The position numbers and the translations under genes are program-made. DNA of 64,000 nucleotides from Armatimonadota bacterium. GTDB lineage: Bacteria > Armatimonadota > SYMT01. Where the stretch lies: positions 160,001-224,000 of the forward strand of contig JAWLHY010000005.1 in assembly GCA_041690135.1 (NCBI GenBank), written 5' to 3'. A model generated the notes under the pieces. That model was not told where the DNA came from and made no database searches. It saw only the letters and a program-made list of their open reading frames with translations. Shown piece by piece: positions 9,323 through 19,527 of this stretch. The stretch's first letter is position 1. Each line of letters opens with the position of its first letter.

Positions 9323-10786
9323 GTGAACCCCCCGGAAACACTCCACGTTCCCCGCGCCGAAGAAGAGGGGATCTCCTCCCCTACCGCCACGGTTATTCTC
9401 ACCCTGATCACTGCCATCCTGGTGCCGGGGCTGATCGCCTACTGGATCGCCACCGACAGCGAGGTGCGGGTGGTCGCGGTAGTGCTCGCCGTCCTCGGGT
9501 TTCTGGTGCTCATGGCTCGACCCTTCTGGGGTTTGATGTTCCTCGTGGGGCTGATCTACCTGCGGCCGGAAGACACCTTCTCACAACTCCAGGGAATGCG
9601 GCTGACGCTGTGGGTATCGCTGGGAACGATCCTCGCGGCCTTCGTGCACATGGTTCTGAAGCGGGAGCCGATCGTCCGTACGCCCCTCAACGGGATGCTC
9701 TTCGGCTTCATGGCGTGCGTGGTGATCTCCACCTATCGAGTGGGGATCAGCGAGGAAGCCGCGGAAGACGTGACCCGGTTGCTGATCATCACGCTGTTGA
9801 TCGTGAACTTGATTCGCGACGCGGCGAAGTTTCGCACGTTCGTGACCGCGATGCTGGTGTTCACCACTTACGTCGCCGGTTACGCGATGTACCTGTATTT
9901 CACCGGGAAGGCGCTGGACCATCATGGGGTGATGCGGGCCCAGGGCACCGGGATCTTTTCCGACCCAAATGACCTCGCCGCGAGTATCGTGGCGGGCCTC
10001 GCCCTGGCATTGGCTCGATTTGCTTCTTCCCCGAGTGGGATCTCGCGCGCGGCCTATATGGGGTTGTCCGCATTCTTCGTGGGCGGCGTGCTATTCACCA
10101 ACTCCCGGGGCGGGATGGTGGCGCTGATCGTGGTGGTGGCCGGCTTCCTACTCGTCTTCGTGCGAATGAAGACGTTCGCCCTGGGGATGGCGGCAATTGC
10201 CGCCCTGGCTCTACTCACCTTCGGACCCAGCCGAATGACGAACTTCGACAGCAACGAGGAATCTGCGAACAACCGGTTCTCCTACTGGCAATCGGGCTGG
10301 TACATGCTGCAGGGCGAGCCGGTGCTGGGAGTCGGTTACGGGCGGTTCATCGAGGAGAACGGCGGGATGACCGCCCACAACTCCTTCGTCCTCTGCTTCG
10401 CGGAGTTAGGGCTGACCGGTTACTTCTTCTGGATGGGGTGCCTCTACATCAGCCTACGCACACCCTCCAGGCTGCTCCCTCCGGGACAGGGCCCCCCAGA
10501 CGACTCCCCAACCGACACCGAAGAGGCGCAACTACAACGTGAGATGCTCGGAACGCGCTTGGCCCTGGTGGGATACCTGGCGGCTGCCTTCTGGATTTCG
10601 CGGACGTACGTGCCGGTACTGTACGTGATGATCGGCCTTCCCGTTGCCGCCCAGGCTGCGCTGCAGGGATGGTCGTCCACCCGCCCGATGCGCGCGGGGG
10701 AGCGCTTCCGGGACTTCGGGCGCATTCTCGCGCTGTGTGGCCTCTCGATTCTGGTCATCCGCATCATCACGGTGCTGTATCTCTAA
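9323..10786 (+). CDS. O-antigen ligase/Wzy-like membrane protein (exosortase-system type)
   Basis: Many TMs; DPNDLA, TNSRGG, GVGYGRF, TAHNSF motifs. Confidence 0.85.
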   Translation: MNPPETLHVPRAEEEGISSPTATVILTLITAILVPGLIAYWIATDSEVRVVAVVLAVLGFLVLMARPFWGLMFLVGLIYLRPEDTFSQLQGMRLTLWVSLGTILAAFVHMVLKREPIVRTPLNGMLFGFMACVVISTYRVGISEEAAEDVTRLLIITLLIVNLIRDAAKFRTFVTAMLVFTTYVAGYAMYLYFTGKALDHHGVMRAQGTGIFSDPNDLAASIVAGLALALARFASSPSGISRAAYMGLSAFFVGGVLFTNSRGGMVALIVVVAGFLLVFVRMKTFALGMAAIAALALLTFGPSRMTNFDSNEESANNRFSYWQSGWYMLQGEPVLGVGYGRFIEENGGMTAHNSFVLCFAELGLTGYFFWMGCLYISLRTPSRLLPPGQGPPDDSPTDTEEAQLQREMLGTRLALVGYLAAAFWISRTYVPVLYVMIGLPVAAQAALQGWSSTRPMRAGERFRDFGRILALCGLSILVIRIITVLYL

Positions 10787-10858
10787 GTGCGTAAGGCTCT
10801 CTCCGGTGAGCGGCGCAGCGGTGCGCGCGCCTGTATGGGGTTATCGAAGGCTCCGGCT

Positions 10859-11752
10859 ATGCAACGGGAGACACCGCTTGTTTCGATCATCCTTCCGACC
10901 TATAATCGCGCCCACTGGCTTGCGGGGGCCATCGAGAGTTGCCTGGCCCAGACGCATCGCCAGTTGGAGCTCATCATCGTTGATGACGGAAGTACGGACG
11001 GGACTCCGCAAGTGGCGCGTGCGGCCGTCGGGAGAGACGACCGCGTTCGTTACATCCGGCAGCGAAACCGAAAGTTGCCGCACGCACTGAACTCAGGACA
11101 CCATGCCGCGAAAGGCGCGTATCTGACTTGGAGCAGTGACGACAACCTTTACGAACCGAATGCGCTGGAGTTGATGGTTTCCCACCTGGAGGCGAATCCC
11201 GATGCCGGTATGGTCTACTGCGACATGCAGAAACTGGACGGCCAGGGCAATTCAGGCGGCATTTATCGCGGCGGGACGGCGGATGTGCTGGAAGTCCGCA
11301 ATGTCGTGGGTGGCTGCTTCCTCTACCGAAGGGAAGTTTACACCACTATTGGGCCCTACGATCCCTCGCTGTTCTTGGTGGAAGACTGGGACTACTGGTT
11401 CCGCGTGCGGACCCGATACCGGATGGATTACCTGCCGAACGTTGCCCCTTATCTCTATCGCTGGCATGAGGGTTCGCTGACGACCCGCCGGGTGGCAGAT
11501 GAGGCCGTTCAACACGCGAAGTTGTGGTGCCGGCACGTGGCGATGCCCCACGAACGGTCCAACGTGCTTGCGGACGGGTACTGGCAGGCGTACTGGCGGC
11601 ACTATAACCTGGGCAATCACGCGGCCGCGTTTCGCTGCGCGTTGATATGCGTGCTGGTGCAACCGCGAAGAACCCGCTACTGGCGCGACCTGGTGCTGGC
11701 GCCATGGCGGTGCTTACGTCTCGCCTTTGCACAGCGACACGCGGCAGAATGA
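10859..11752 (+). CDS. Glycosyltransferase family 2
   Basis: VSIILPTYN, DDGSTD, VEDWDYW. Confidence 0.9.
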   Translation: MQRETPLVSIILPTYNRAHWLAGAIESCLAQTHRQLELIIVDDGSTDGTPQVARAAVGRDDRVRYIRQRNRKLPHALNSGHHAAKGAYLTWSSDDNLYEPNALELMVSHLEANPDAGMVYCDMQKLDGQGNSGGIYRGGTADVLEVRNVVGGCFLYRREVYTTIGPYDPSLFLVEDWDYWFRVRTRYRMDYLPNVAPYLYRWHEGSLTTRRVADEAVQHAKLWCRHVAMPHERSNVLADGYWQAYWRHYNLGNHAAAFRCALICVLVQPRRTRYWRDLVLAPWRCLRLAFAQRHAAE

Positions 11753-11834
11753 GTGCGTCCCCAGGGGAAGCTGAAAGAGTGTAGAAGCCTCGCAGGTTCA
11801 GGATGACGAAACGCGGTCGGGGGAGGCGCGCCAA

Positions 11835-12752
11835 ATGAAGCCACTCGTATCCATTGTGATCCCCTGCTATGGCGGAGAGGCCTACCTGGCCCAGGCGATC
11901 GAGAGTTGCCTGGCGCAGACCTATGCCAACCTGGAGATCCTGGTTGTCGATGACGCGAGCCCCGACCGGTGCGCCGAGATCGCCGCGCAGTTTTGCGAGA
12001 GATCTCCCGCTGTGAAGCTCATCCGGCGACCGGAGAACGGCGGGGTGTCGCGGGCCTTCAACACCGGCTACTCCGTGGCCCGCGGCGTCTACTTCACTCG
12101 CCTCGCCCAGGATGACGTGTTCCGCGAAGACGCCATTGAACTGATGGTCAACTATCTCCAGGATCACCCGGAGCTGGGGTTGACGTATTGCGATTGCGAG
12201 ATGGTCGATCCGGAGCTGAAGCCGCTCCGGCGGTGGGTCACCGGGGAGCCGGAGACGGCACTACTTGAAGACAATGACCTGGGCCTTTGCGTGATGTGGC
12301 GTCGCGAAGTGTGGGAGAGGGTTGGAAGCTTCGACCCAGAGTTTGACGCTGCAGAGGATTACGAGTACTGGCTTCGAGCATCAAAGCAGTTTCGCTTCGG
12401 GAAATGTGAGGGCCAAGCTCCTTTCTACCTGCGCCTTCATCCGGAGATGGGTTCTACGCGTTTAGAAGTGCGCCAACGCCTTGCCGTGGCCAAGGCGCGG
12501 TGTCGACATCTTCTGCCGGAGACTGATCACTCGCGACTAATGGCGGCAGGATATCTGGAGGCAGCTTGGGCCTGCCGCAATCAGGATAAACCACATCTGG
12601 CCTGGAAGTATTCCTGCCAGGCTTTAACGTTGGCTCCGAGGAGTTTTCGCAACTGGAAGGCGCTACTTGGTGCCAGCGCTCGACTGGTCCAGGCACTTTG
12701 TGCTTCTGGGAAAGCCCGCAGGGAGTGGTTGAAGCGCAGTCCGTTGACCTGA
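11835..12752 (+). CDS. Glycosyltransferase family 2 (close paralog of 2930-3808)
   Basis: VSIVIPC, DDASPD, RLAQDD, AAEDYEYW. Confidence 0.9.
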   Translation: MKPLVSIVIPCYGGEAYLAQAIESCLAQTYANLEILVVDDASPDRCAEIAAQFCERSPAVKLIRRPENGGVSRAFNTGYSVARGVYFTRLAQDDVFREDAIELMVNYLQDHPELGLTYCDCEMVDPELKPLRRWVTGEPETALLEDNDLGLCVMWRREVWERVGSFDPEFDAAEDYEYWLRASKQFRFGKCEGQAPFYLRLHPEMGSTRLEVRQRLAVAKARCRHLLPETDHSRLMAAGYLEAAWACRNQDKPHLAWKYSCQALTLAPRSFRNWKALLGASARLVQALCASGKARREWLKRSPLT

Positions 12753-13014
12753 GGGGCACGTGCAAGCCACTGAGCGAATGCGGTTTCTCGACCGGAGGTC
12801 CGTCCGGATCACTCCGGCAGGCCTTATTGACCTGCGTGGAGAAAACAAGCTCGTGGCGAGTAGCCGAATGCTGCTCCGGTACTAATTCCCTCCCCGCAGT
12901 CATTGGTTTAAGGGTGAGCCAGTATCTGATTTGCTAGTTATTTTATATGTCGCCCACGGGCCTTAAGTTTGGAACGATACGGGTTCGGTGCGATTTCAGA
13001 TTGAACTAGAAGGC

Positions 13015-13929
13015 ATGAAGTCCATTTCCCCTCACGAACTTGATAATTTAGATGCCACGGCGGCAGCTCGATTGATGTTGTCCCGTTTCGCCTGGCTCAG
13101 AAGGAAACAATTGCCGCTCTTTGAGTGGCTAAACCTGCAAGCGGACATTTCGCCACGGCCGAACTTCTACTTTCGATGGCACTTGCCACGGATTTTTGCG
13201 ACTCTCGAGTTGCTGGAGACAGTAATTGATCGAGGGAGACGTGAGTCATGTCTCGATATCGCTAGCTACGCACCTTTTGCGGTATGCATGGAGAGATATT
13301 TTTCGGGGCAACTGAATCCGATAAACTGGACACGGACAAGTTTAACTGGTGAGGAGCTAGAACTCCAGGTGAATAATCAGTTAATAAAAATCCCTACGGT
13401 TCCGTTGCGTTTGGACGGGCAGACCCGGTTTCCGTTCGAAGATCGTAGCTTTGATGTCGTGCTGATCACGGAAGTAATCGAGCATCTAGACTCCCATCCT
13501 CAATATACGTTAGCGGAAGCTAACCGGGTTCTACGAGATGGTGGTAGGTTGTTAATCACTACGCCTAACGTAACGAGTTGGAAGAAGCTACTGATGCTCA
13601 GTGCGGGTGATTGGAGCTATGACTCTCCGACATTCGGAGGAGAATGGGGTCACCGATACGAGTACTCCCATTATCATCTCCGGCGTTTACTTCATCGAAG
13701 TGGTTTTGCAGTTGTCAACGACAGTACTAAGGATATCTATTTCGATGACCCTAGAGGTCTTCGCCAGGCGATCCAGTTCTTATTAATCGTCCTAACTAAA
13801 ATTCTGACCGGAAATATCACTCAAGCTGCGAAGATGATGCTCCGGAGTGGGTCAGGTTTACTCTTTTTGGCAGAGAAGCGGGAACACATGGCAGCGTTTC
13901 CGGACCCGGACGACCTAGAACGGATATGA
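13015..13929 (+). CDS. Class I SAM-dependent methyltransferase (type 11-like), AT-richer than its neighbours
   Basis: FPFEDRSFDVV, EVIEHL, RVLRDGGRLLITTPN. Confidence 0.8.
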   Translation: MKSISPHELDNLDATAAARLMLSRFAWLRRKQLPLFEWLNLQADISPRPNFYFRWHLPRIFATLELLETVIDRGRRESCLDIASYAPFAVCMERYFSGQLNPINWTRTSLTGEELELQVNNQLIKIPTVPLRLDGQTRFPFEDRSFDVVLITEVIEHLDSHPQYTLAEANRVLRDGGRLLITTPNVTSWKKLLMLSAGDWSYDSPTFGGEWGHRYEYSHYHLRRLLHRSGFAVVNDSTKDIYFDDPRGLRQAIQFLLIVLTKILTGNITQAAKMMLRSGSGLLFLAEKREHMAAFPDPDDLERI

Positions 13930-14037
13930 CTTGGGACATTGAATGTTCAGTTTTTGTGGTGCATCATGAGATTATCCCTGCGGGGACTGCCAGGATGTAT
14001 TGTTCTATGGTGTAGGCGCTGACGGAGGGATCAGTTA

Positions 14038-15171
14038 ATGCGAATCGCCATCGCCTCCAGTGGATTGGGACACATCAGTAGGGGCATAGAGACCTGGGCA
14101 GTTAGCTTGGCAGCGGCCCTTCAAGAGACGACTATGAAGGCGCATCTGTTCCAGGGGTCGGGAACTTCGCAATCTGAGTGGCGGTACACGCTCCCTTGTC
14201 TTCAGCGCTTCGATCCCCGGGCGGCACGCCTGGTGCGCAGTTTCCGCCGCGTTGGCGGCTGGCGCTACGGCTTGGGTTCCGGCTACCAGGTCGAGCAAAC
14301 GACCTTCGCACTCCACCTCTGGAGACGGGTGCGCCGCGACTATGATCTCGTGCACGTCCAGGATCCCTGGCTGGCTTTGCTTCTCGATCGGCTATACCGC
14401 GCAGGCCGCTCGCGACCCCGGGTGGTACTTGCCCACGGGACGGAAGAACCGGTGGAAGTACTCAAGAAATACAGCTATCTCCAGCACCTCGCGCCGTGCT
14501 ATCTGGACGAATGGGAGCCGCACCGGCCGGACTCGCAGCGGGCCTTCGCCATCCCCAACTTTGTGGACGTAGAACAGTACGCGCCGGGAGACCGGCAGGA
14601 GGCTCGCCGCCGGTTCGGCATCGCTCCGGATGTCCTGACGGTAGTCTGCGTCGCCGCGGTGAAACGCACCCACAAGCGGATCGACTACCTGCTTCGGGAG
14701 TTCTCGGAGTTCACCCGTCGTTCCACAGCGCCCTGCCTGCTGCTAGTGGCCGGTGCTCGGGAAGCAGAGACGGATGAGATGATGGCGTTGGGGCGGGAAC
14801 TGTTGGGCGACCGCGTCCGATTCCTTCTCAACGTCCCTCGTGAGGATATCCCCTCGCTGCTCCGGTGCGCGGATCTCTTCGCACTTGCCTCGCGGCACGA
14901 GATGATGCCGATTGCCGTGCTGGAGGCGCTGGCGGCCGGATTGCCGGTGATCTGCAACGACACGCCCGTACTGCGGTGGATGGTGGGAAAAGCCGGAATT
15001 CCGGGCGACCTTACCCGCGAGGGGGGAATCGTGTCCTCACTCCAGTGCCTTCAGATCGCCGAACAGCGTGACCGGTACGCCACATGCGCCAGGCGCCAGG
15101 TGGAAAGTCTCTTTTCCAGGCGCGTGGTTCTTGACCAGATCCTGGGCATGTACGAGCGGGTGGTAACCTGA
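14038..15171 (+). CDS. Glycosyltransferase family 4
   Basis: IPNFVD, KRID, EMMPIAVLEALAAGLPV (Ex7E). Confidence 0.9.
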   Translation: MRIAIASSGLGHISRGIETWAVSLAAALQETTMKAHLFQGSGTSQSEWRYTLPCLQRFDPRAARLVRSFRRVGGWRYGLGSGYQVEQTTFALHLWRRVRRDYDLVHVQDPWLALLLDRLYRAGRSRPRVVLAHGTEEPVEVLKKYSYLQHLAPCYLDEWEPHRPDSQRAFAIPNFVDVEQYAPGDRQEARRRFGIAPDVLTVVCVAAVKRTHKRIDYLLREFSEFTRRSTAPCLLLVAGAREAETDEMMALGRELLGDRVRFLLNVPREDIPSLLRCADLFALASRHEMMPIAVLEALAAGLPVICNDTPVLRWMVGKAGIPGDLTREGGIVSSLQCLQIAEQRDRYATCARRQVESLFSRRVVLDQILGMYERVVT

Positions 15172-15289
15172 GCGCATTACTTCCGGGTTCGACCACTCTA
15201 GATTTCCAGGGTCCGCGTGTAGTGCTCGAAACTTCTCACACTGCAGTGACAGTACGGAACGGCCTCGACCGGACCGTAGCGTGAGACCT

Positions 15290-15541
15290 ATGCGAATCCT
15301 GGTCGTGACCAACCTCTATCCCCTCTATCACCTGGGGGGATGCGGGATGATCTGCTACCGTATTTGCCGGCTCCTGGCTAAACGGGGACACCAGATCCAC
15401 GTCATCACTTCCGATCCCGGAGACCTGCGCGCGAGTGGGATGGTGGCGGAGACGGCGGCTACGACGCACTCTTCGTTCCTGCACGACCGGGCGATAGTGA
15501 GCACCTACATGTGTGCCCGCCGCCGCATCAACAGTGGGTGA
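15290..15541 (+). pseudogene. Truncated GT4 N-terminal remnant
   Basis: MRILVVTNLYP..LGG...LAKRGHQIHVITS is a GT4 N-terminus; ORF stops after about 83 aa with no C-terminal domain. Confidence 0.65.
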
Positions 15542-15544
15542 TGG

Positions 15545-16453
15545 ATGAGTCAGCTTCCCCGTTTCTCCGTAATCATCCCCGCCTTCAATTCCGCCGCGTG
15601 TGTCGGAAGAGCCATCGAAAGTGCGCTCACGCAGAGCCACGCCCCCTTTGAGATCCTCGTGGTAGACGACGGGTCTATCGATGCCACAGCCGAGGTTGCT
15701 GAGAGCTACGGACAGCCCGTACGAGTGTTGCGCCAGGCGAATGGCGGACCGGCCGCCGCTCGGAACGCGGGAGCCGCTGTTGCGAAGGGAGATTGGCTTG
15801 CCTTCCTGGATGCGGACGACGCGTGGCTCCCGGGCAAGCTGGCGGCGCAAGCACCCCTTACGGACGGAGCGCGGGTGGGCGTGGTGCACGCACGAGCCGG
15901 GCAGGATGTCACCTGGGACTACGTCATCAGTTTCGATACGCTCTGGCGGAGAAACCAGCTCATCAACTCGGCGACGGTCGTCCGCAAGAGCGCGTTCACC
16001 GAGGTGGGCGGATTCGACGAGGATCGCACGCTGATCTCGGTGGAAGATTATAACCTTTGGCTTCGGCTGGCCGCGGCGGGTTGGGAATTTCGCACCTGCC
16101 CCCAGGACTGGATCGAGTACACTCCGGCGCCGAACAGCCTCTCGCAGCAGGTAGAGAGATTTGCCCGTGCGGAGTTGGCAAACGCAGAGAAACTGGCTCG
16201 CCAATTGCGACTGTCGGAGGAAAAGCTACAGACAAAGCGCTTGAACATCCTCGACGCTTACGGTCGCGAGCTCCTTCTCATCGGTGAAGCACAGGCTGCT
16301 CGGGTCCATCTTGCCACCGCGCTACGCCTCCGCCCTTCCGTGCGGAGGGCGGCATGGAGTATTGCCTCTTGCTTGCCGAGAGGTTTGGCGGTCGCGGGGC
16401 TTCGAGGGCTACAGTGCCTCGCTCATCCTAGGACGGAAGGCACAAAACGTTGA
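15545..16453 (+). CDS. Glycosyltransferase family 2
   Basis: SVIIPAFN, DDGS, FLDADD, VEDYNLW. Confidence 0.9.
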   Translation: MSQLPRFSVIIPAFNSAACVGRAIESALTQSHAPFEILVVDDGSIDATAEVAESYGQPVRVLRQANGGPAAARNAGAAVAKGDWLAFLDADDAWLPGKLAAQAPLTDGARVGVVHARAGQDVTWDYVISFDTLWRRNQLINSATVVRKSAFTEVGGFDEDRTLISVEDYNLWLRLAAAGWEFRTCPQDWIEYTPAPNSLSQQVERFARAELANAEKLARQLRLSEEKLQTKRLNILDAYGRELLLIGEAQAARVHLATALRLRPSVRRAAWSIASCLPRGLAVAGLRGLQCLAHPRTEGTKR

Positions 16454-17264
16454 TGTAGTCTTCACCGTCCGGCAGTCGTTTTAAAGGAACGAGCTTGTTG
16501 CGGTGGATTTCCTGGATGTCGTAGCGGCATTCACGCAAGTGATCCACTACCTGCCGGGGACTGGAGCCCTGGGCTGCCAGTGCCGGAGGGTTGATTTCGA
16601 TGGCCAGAACCGGACGGTATTCCCTGAGGGTCGAAGCTCCTCCCTGAAGCACTCGCTCCTCAAACCCCTCGACATCAAGTTTGATGCAGTCAACGCGGTT
16701 GAGGCCCACGGTAGAGACGAATTTGTCCAGTGTTGTGGTTTCGATCCGAATACCCTCCCCGGAATCGGTGATGCGCGAAGCACCGGAATTCCGGACGTCG
16801 TCGGCAAGGGTGGCGGCGCCGTCATCACTTGACAGGGCAACACAATGCGGGTGGACAATCGACTTCATGGAGTTCAATGATACATTGCGTTGAAGGCGCG
16901 CGAATGTGCCAGGATTTGGCTCAAATGAGTGAACCGTGCACTGCCGGCCCAGGGAGTCGGCCAATACGAGCGAGTAGTAACCGAAGTTGCTGCCCACGTC
17001 CAGAAAGGTTCCGTTTTCGGGAAGGTGCCGGATGAGATGGTGGATCTCCCACATGTCCTTAGATCCGTACCAGTACAAGTCAGCCTGCACGTAATCGGCT
17101 GGATTGAGGAGCCAACGAAGACCGCGGCGCTCAACGATCTGGTCTCCTTCGGGGTGAATGTTGAACAGCCGTCGGAGTTGACTGTGAACCCACCACTTAC
17201 CGCGGTGGTTTGGGACAGATACGCCGTACTTGAGTAGAGCTTGGTGGGCCAGTGTGCTTTCCAC
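16428..17264 (-). CDS. FkbM-family methyltransferase
   Basis: DVGSNFGYYS, FEPNP, IKLDVEGFE. Confidence 0.9.
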   Translation of the reverse strand: MESTLAHQALLKYGVSVPNHRGKWWVHSQLRRLFNIHPEGDQIVERRGLRWLLNPADYVQADLYWYGSKDMWEIHHLIRHLPENGTFLDVGSNFGYYSLVLADSLGRQCTVHSFEPNPGTFARLQRNVSLNSMKSIVHPHCVALSSDDGAATLADDVRNSGASRITDSGEGIRIETTTLDKFVSTVGLNRVDCIKLDVEGFEERVLQGGASTLREYRPVLAIEINPPALAAQGSSPRQVVDHLRECRYDIQEIHRNKLVPLKRLPDGEDYINVLCLPS

Positions 17265-17402
17265 GGGGGCGCAGTTCCTGGTTGTCGCCTGTTGTGTTTA
17301 CAGAGTTAACTGTCCGTTCGCATATCCGGCGGAATCTCCTCCCCCGTGCAGCTCTTCACCACGAGGAGGGGATCACAATTATCCGATGTGAGGAGAATAC
17401 CG

Positions 17403-18494
17403 ATGAAAGCCCTCATCGCCGCCGACCTCGTGCCAAATAAGGTCGGCTCCCTGGAGAGCCAGATCTTCGGGGTGGGCAAGCACCTGAAGTCGCTAGGGGT
17501 CGAGCCATATTACGCTTTCACGGGGGAACTGACGAGCCCGGTGCGGAAGCACTTCCATGTGGACGACGAGCACGTCTATCAGAACCTCGGCGGGCTTAGC
17601 AACGCTGCGGCGCTCGGTCCATGGCTGGAGGTTTTCGCCAAGGTCCGCCCCGACTTCCTTTGGACGCTCTTTTTTCCCACCGTAGGAAAGACTCTGCTGC
17701 AGATCCGACGCACGTGCCCGCGTGCGCGAATCATTATCGGGGATCATGTTTCACGGGGCTTCCCGGATCGCTCTGTCGTCAAGAGATGTTACTGTGCCTT
17801 GCGTGGTCACTGGAGTGGTCGCCAGGTGGACGGCTACCTGGCGGTGTCACAGTATGTGGCTCGCCGCTTGGTGGAGGTGGATCGAATACCTGTCTCTAAA
17901 GTCCAAATGGTTTATAACGGAGTGGACCTTAACGCTTTTAGGCCGACTGACCTTTCACCCCAGTACTTGACCGCTATTTGCCACATGCGTGCGGAGAAGG
18001 GGATGCCTACCCTTCTAGCGGCATTACGGCAATTGAAATCGCGCGGACTGGAGCCGGAGTGCCGGATGGTAGGCGAAGGACCAGAATTGGAAAGCTATAT
18101 CCAGTACTGTGGAACTCACGGATTGAAGCAGGTCACATTCCTCGGGCGCCGGAATGATGTGGCGGAACTCTTGCGCCAAGCGCTGGTGACTGTAGTCCCT
18201 TCCTCCTGGTACGAGGCTTTTGGCCTCGCAGCTGCGGAATCTTTGGCCACAGGCGTGCCTGTCATTGCATCCAACATCGCGGCCCTCCCCGAGGTTGTTA
18301 CCCCAGAATGCGGACTGTTGGTACCGCCGGAGGATCCGGTGGCGCTTGCAGATGCCCTGACCCAACTTATTGCAAACCCGGATACGCGCGTGGCAATGGG
18401 ACGCGCCGGTCGCCAGCGGGCGGAAGCACTCTTCGATCTAGACGCTCGCTGCCTGGATATCGCCCGCTGTCTCTTGGGTGCCGTTGAGCACTGA
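17403..18494 (+). CDS. Glycosyltransferase family 4
   Basis: YNGVD, EKG, EAFGLAAAES; GAGGAG RBS before ATG 17403. Confidence 0.9.
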   Translation: MKALIAADLVPNKVGSLESQIFGVGKHLKSLGVEPYYAFTGELTSPVRKHFHVDDEHVYQNLGGLSNAAALGPWLEVFAKVRPDFLWTLFFPTVGKTLLQIRRTCPRARIIIGDHVSRGFPDRSVVKRCYCALRGHWSGRQVDGYLAVSQYVARRLVEVDRIPVSKVQMVYNGVDLNAFRPTDLSPQYLTAICHMRAEKGMPTLLAALRQLKSRGLEPECRMVGEGPELESYIQYCGTHGLKQVTFLGRRNDVAELLRQALVTVVPSSWYEAFGLAAAESLATGVPVIASNIAALPEVVTPECGLLVPPEDPVALADALTQLIANPDTRVAMGRAGRQRAEALFDLDARCLDIARCLLGAVEH

Positions 18495-18533
18495 CAGATA
18501 GACCAAATCCGTGTCTGCTGTCTTAGGACTTGC

Positions 18534-19499
18534 ATGTTGATGGTGAGACGAGAGACACCAATACTTGTCGCCGGATCCGGACGCAGTGGTACAACCTGGA
18601 TCGGAGATACGCTCGCAACCGCGGCTGATGCATCGCCTATCTTTGAGCCGCTGCATCCACAAGGGCCCGAGTGGCCAACCCTGCCCCCGTTGGTAAGATC
18701 TGAAAGCCTGAGGCTGCCGGGTGTCTACCTGCGCGCCACCGACCGCCACCCGGCTTGGGGCGATTTCTGGGCCAAGGTGTTCACCGGCACCCTGACCAAC
18801 GCTTGGACCCGGCAGGACTGGCGCCGCATCCCGGAGGTGATTCGGCTGACCCCTTTCCTCAACAGGTGGGTATTCCGCGGCGTGGGCCTCATCTCTCGAA
18901 GGGCGATGAGATCGAGATCCCGTACTTTAGTTAAGGAAATCCATGGGAATCTGCAACTTCCCTGGATCACGCGCAATCTTGAGGTACGAGTCGTCTACAT
19001 CATCCGACACCCTTGCGCGGTTGTGTCTTCGCGGCTCCGTCTCAAGTGGCCGGACACACTAGAAGGTATTCTGCGGCAGCCCATGCTCATGGAAGACTGG
19101 CTCAATCCTTTTACGGACTTGATCGAGGGTGCTTCTACTCCTGTAGAGCGTATGGCAGTTCTCTGGTGTGTCGAAAACTTGATCCCCATTAGGAACTGGC
19201 ATCCGCAGTGGCTGTTAGTCAGCCATGAAGAACTTACGCTTTCTCCGTCACAAGGCTACCAACGGCTCTTTTCGGCTCTCAATCTCCAGCATACCGAGGA
19301 GGCGGAAGTCGTCTCAGCACGGCTTTGTAGTACGCCAGGTCCTAAGGCTGGCAAGATAACACGTTGGTGCTCGGGCCTCTCGCAGGATGATGCGGAGTGC
19401 GTACTTCGCATTTGTGAGAAGTTCGGACTCGATTTCTACCGGCGCCAGGCTGTTCCCGACCTTGACCGCCTCAAGGCGATACTGGCAGACACCGTGTAG
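18534..19499 (+). CDS. Sulfotransferase
   Basis: 5'-PSB GSGRSGTTW, FEP, 3'-PB IRHPCAVVSS. Confidence 0.85.
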   Translation: MLMVRRETPILVAGSGRSGTTWIGDTLATAADASPIFEPLHPQGPEWPTLPPLVRSESLRLPGVYLRATDRHPAWGDFWAKVFTGTLTNAWTRQDWRRIPEVIRLTPFLNRWVFRGVGLISRRAMRSRSRTLVKEIHGNLQLPWITRNLEVRVVYIIRHPCAVVSSRLRLKWPDTLEGILRQPMLMEDWLNPFTDLIEGASTPVERMAVLWCVENLIPIRNWHPQWLLVSHEELTLSPSQGYQRLFSALNLQHTEEAEVVSARLCSTPGPKAGKITRWCSGLSQDDAECVLRICEKFGLDFYRRQAVPDLDRLKAILADTV

Positions 19500-19527
19500 G
19501 TGCAGCCTCCGGCAGTGATGCGTTGCG

